Assembly (NCBI RefSeq): GCF_001194135.2 | Contig: NC_068985.1 | Coordinates: forward strand, 80,500,532-80,564,531 | Length of the DNA: 64,000 nt | From: Octopus bimaculoides | Taxonomy: Eukaryota | Direction of reading: 5' to 3' | Shown here: positions 61,531 through 64,000 of the stretch, in pieces | Numbering within the stretch: position 1 is the first letter of the stretch | How the letters are laid out: each line of letters opens with the position of its first letter | Notes under the pieces: model-generated | The model's database searches: none | Told to the model about the DNA's origin: nothing | What the model saw: the letters and a program-made list of their open reading frames with translations, nothing else | Program-made: the position numbers and the translations under genes

Positions 61531-64000
61531 GACAAAGTCAAAATTAATCTAAACTAGTGGTTTTTGGGGGACCATGCAAGAAAAAAAAGTAAATTAAGGA
61601 CCCTCAGTAGTATTTTAAGAGCCCATGAAAAATGTTTGATTTAGATGTTTTTATTGCAAGAAACAGCTAGATTTCTTTCTCAAACGCTTTACATAGTTCA
61701 ACTGACACAATATATGGAAAAACAAAATAGGGACTTTGTGTGGTACGATGCTTGATATAAGGTGGCAAGCTGGCAGAAACGCTAGCACGCCGAGCGAAAT
61801 GCTTGGCGGTATTTCATCTGCCGTTACATTCTGAGTTCAAATTTTGCCGAGGTCAACTTTGCCTTTCATCCTTTCAGGGTCAATAAATTAAGTACCAGTT
61901 ATGCACTGGGGTCGATGTAATCGACTTAATCCCTTTGTCTGTCCTTGTTTGTCCCCTTGTGGGCAGTAAAGAAATAAAGAAATAAGATGCTTGATTCCCA
62001 ACCACAAGGTTCCTAGTTCAGTCCCACTGTGTGGTACCTTGGGCAAGTGTCTTCTACTATAACCTTGAGCTAACCAAAGATTTGTGAGTGGATTTGGTAG
62101 ACGGAAACCAAAGGAAGCCCATTGTGTATCTGTGTGTATGTTTGTCCACCCCATCATTGCTTGACAACCAGTGTTGGGGTGCTTGCATCCCCATAAATTA
62201 GCTGTTTGGCAAAAGAGACCAATAGAATAAGTACTAGGCTTTAAAAGAAAAAAAAATGGGGTTAATTTCTTCGACTAAAACCTTTCAAAGCAGTGCTCCA
62301 GCATTGCTGCAGTCAAATGACTGAAACAACTAACAGAATAAAGAAGTATCTACAAAACTAAACATCAAACGGAAATGGGGTCCACCAAAACAAAACATAA
62401 TCAATGGGATCCATAGATCAAAAATGGTTGAGAACCACTGATCTCGACTCTTAGCTATTACCATCAAAAGATTAGCATACAGCTCCCGTGACCAACCCTC
62501 AGCTTTTGAACCAACACCTTCATCACAACTACAAATAATAGTGGGCTTTATACTGATGTTTGACACACTGCAACCTCCACTGCAAACTCCTCAATGTTCA
62601 CAACGTTCATCCTCAAAACTGTGCACACTCTTTCATTACATCAACATCTGTACTCTAACTCATGAAACCTGTATTTCTCCTGTAACTGCCTTACAATAAA
62701 AATTGCAGTAATTGTGTCTCTTCCTGGCATAAAACCAAACAGCATTTCATTGATCTTCATTTTCTCCATAATATAGAGGAATGAAGATTATTCAACTCTC
62801 GATTCTCTTGAATATGAGCTTCTTTCACTACTAGCCTACAGATGTCTCATTTTACCAACTTTTTGCTGCCTTTAGCATATTTTCCAGTGTTTGCTGGCCC
62901 TCCTGTTTTACTACTCAACTGCTTTCTCAGTTATTTCCTCTGCTGGTCCTAAAACTGGATTGCTCTTTCCATCCCATTCCTTCTCCATATTCCTTTGAGC
63001 AGCACTATCACGATATCTCACTCTAGTTGATTGCTGCACAATCTTATATACCTCTCTGACTGCATGTTCTCCAAATATTTTACACACTATCTATACCATC
63101 ACGGTCTTTTTGGCTACCTTTAACTATGCTTGTTTTCTGCTACCATACTCCTTATTCCTTGAACATTTTCTTTTCTCACTGATTCCCTATTTAAACTTTA
63201 CTGACTCACCAAGTGTCTTTATGGTACTTTTGACTATCTGCACACATACTGAAGAATGACCTCAAGAAGCTGAACCATTCAAGCGAGATGACAAAGGACC
63301 GAGATACCTGGTGCCTGGCTGTACTCAAGAAGACCTGTACACAGCAGCAGAAGTGTTAAAACTCATTCTTCTGGTTGTGTAAAGCACCCATGGCGGTACC
63401 ATGTAAGAGCACCAGTACAGTGCCATATAAAAGCGCCCGTGCAGCAACACATAAAAGCATCCAGTTGTAGAAACCATGCCAAATCAGACTGGAGTCTGGT
63501 GCAGCCCCAACAGCTTGCCAGCTCTCAATGCCAGCATGGACAAGGGACATTAAATGATGATTCCTGACATCTCTTAATCTATCTTTCAGTGACTTTCAAC
63601 CAGTTTCAAGTTTGATCATATCATATTCTATCATACTAGGCTTCTCTTTTTAGACCCCTTCCAGTCACCTCTTTCAAACTCTAAACCAAATACTGCTGTG
63701 TAGCAAACTTCATTTTCAAAATTACCTTCACATCCTTTAGACACATCAGGTCTTGTACATAGTACAATCAAGAAGTCAACAGTTGATGTTAACCTACCTC
63801 ATGATCATATAGCAAACTTACTGCTTTCCAGAATTGGGAATCACAAAGTAACAAAGCAACTCCAAAATCCCTTCACCTCGCTATTCCTTACACCCTATCT
63901 GTAACAACCATGAGCTCTCTCAGAATCATCTGCATTCTTCATGTCCATTCACGTTCTCTTCTACAATGACAGCTTTCCTAGCTTTCATGCTTTTCATCAC

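Overview
Eukaryotic, AT-rich, repeat-dense genomic scaffold with many N gaps. The SINE/LINE repertoire suggests a cephalopod, probably Octopus (inference from repeat families, not verified). The right two-thirds (about 23.9-59.0 kb, minus strand) holds a multi-exon gene for 26S proteasome regulatory subunit Rpn1/PSMD2. I reconstructed 20 coding exons (2573 nt including the stop) with consistent phases. One short internal exon is missing and probably lies in an assembly gap; exon 1 appears to be beyond the right edge. The last intron is a U12-type (minor spliceosome) GT-AG intron with a competing U2-type donor and an in-frame stop just inside it. Several genomic Asn (AAT) codons sit where orthologues have Asp or Ser, so they are candidate A-to-I recoding sites. 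The left third has no recognisable host gene. It contains an internally deleted Gypsy LTR element with intact boundaries, clustered R4/Dong-like and HERO-like non-LTR remnants, a Helitron-like element, fold-back MITEs, SINEs and microsatellites. CpGs in repeat copies are preserved left of about 22.6 kb and decayed inside the gene, as expected for gene-body methylation. No CRISPR, rRNA or true tRNA genes were found. Nothing here is demonstrably a new biological system; the minor-intron switch and the editing candidates are the best leads.
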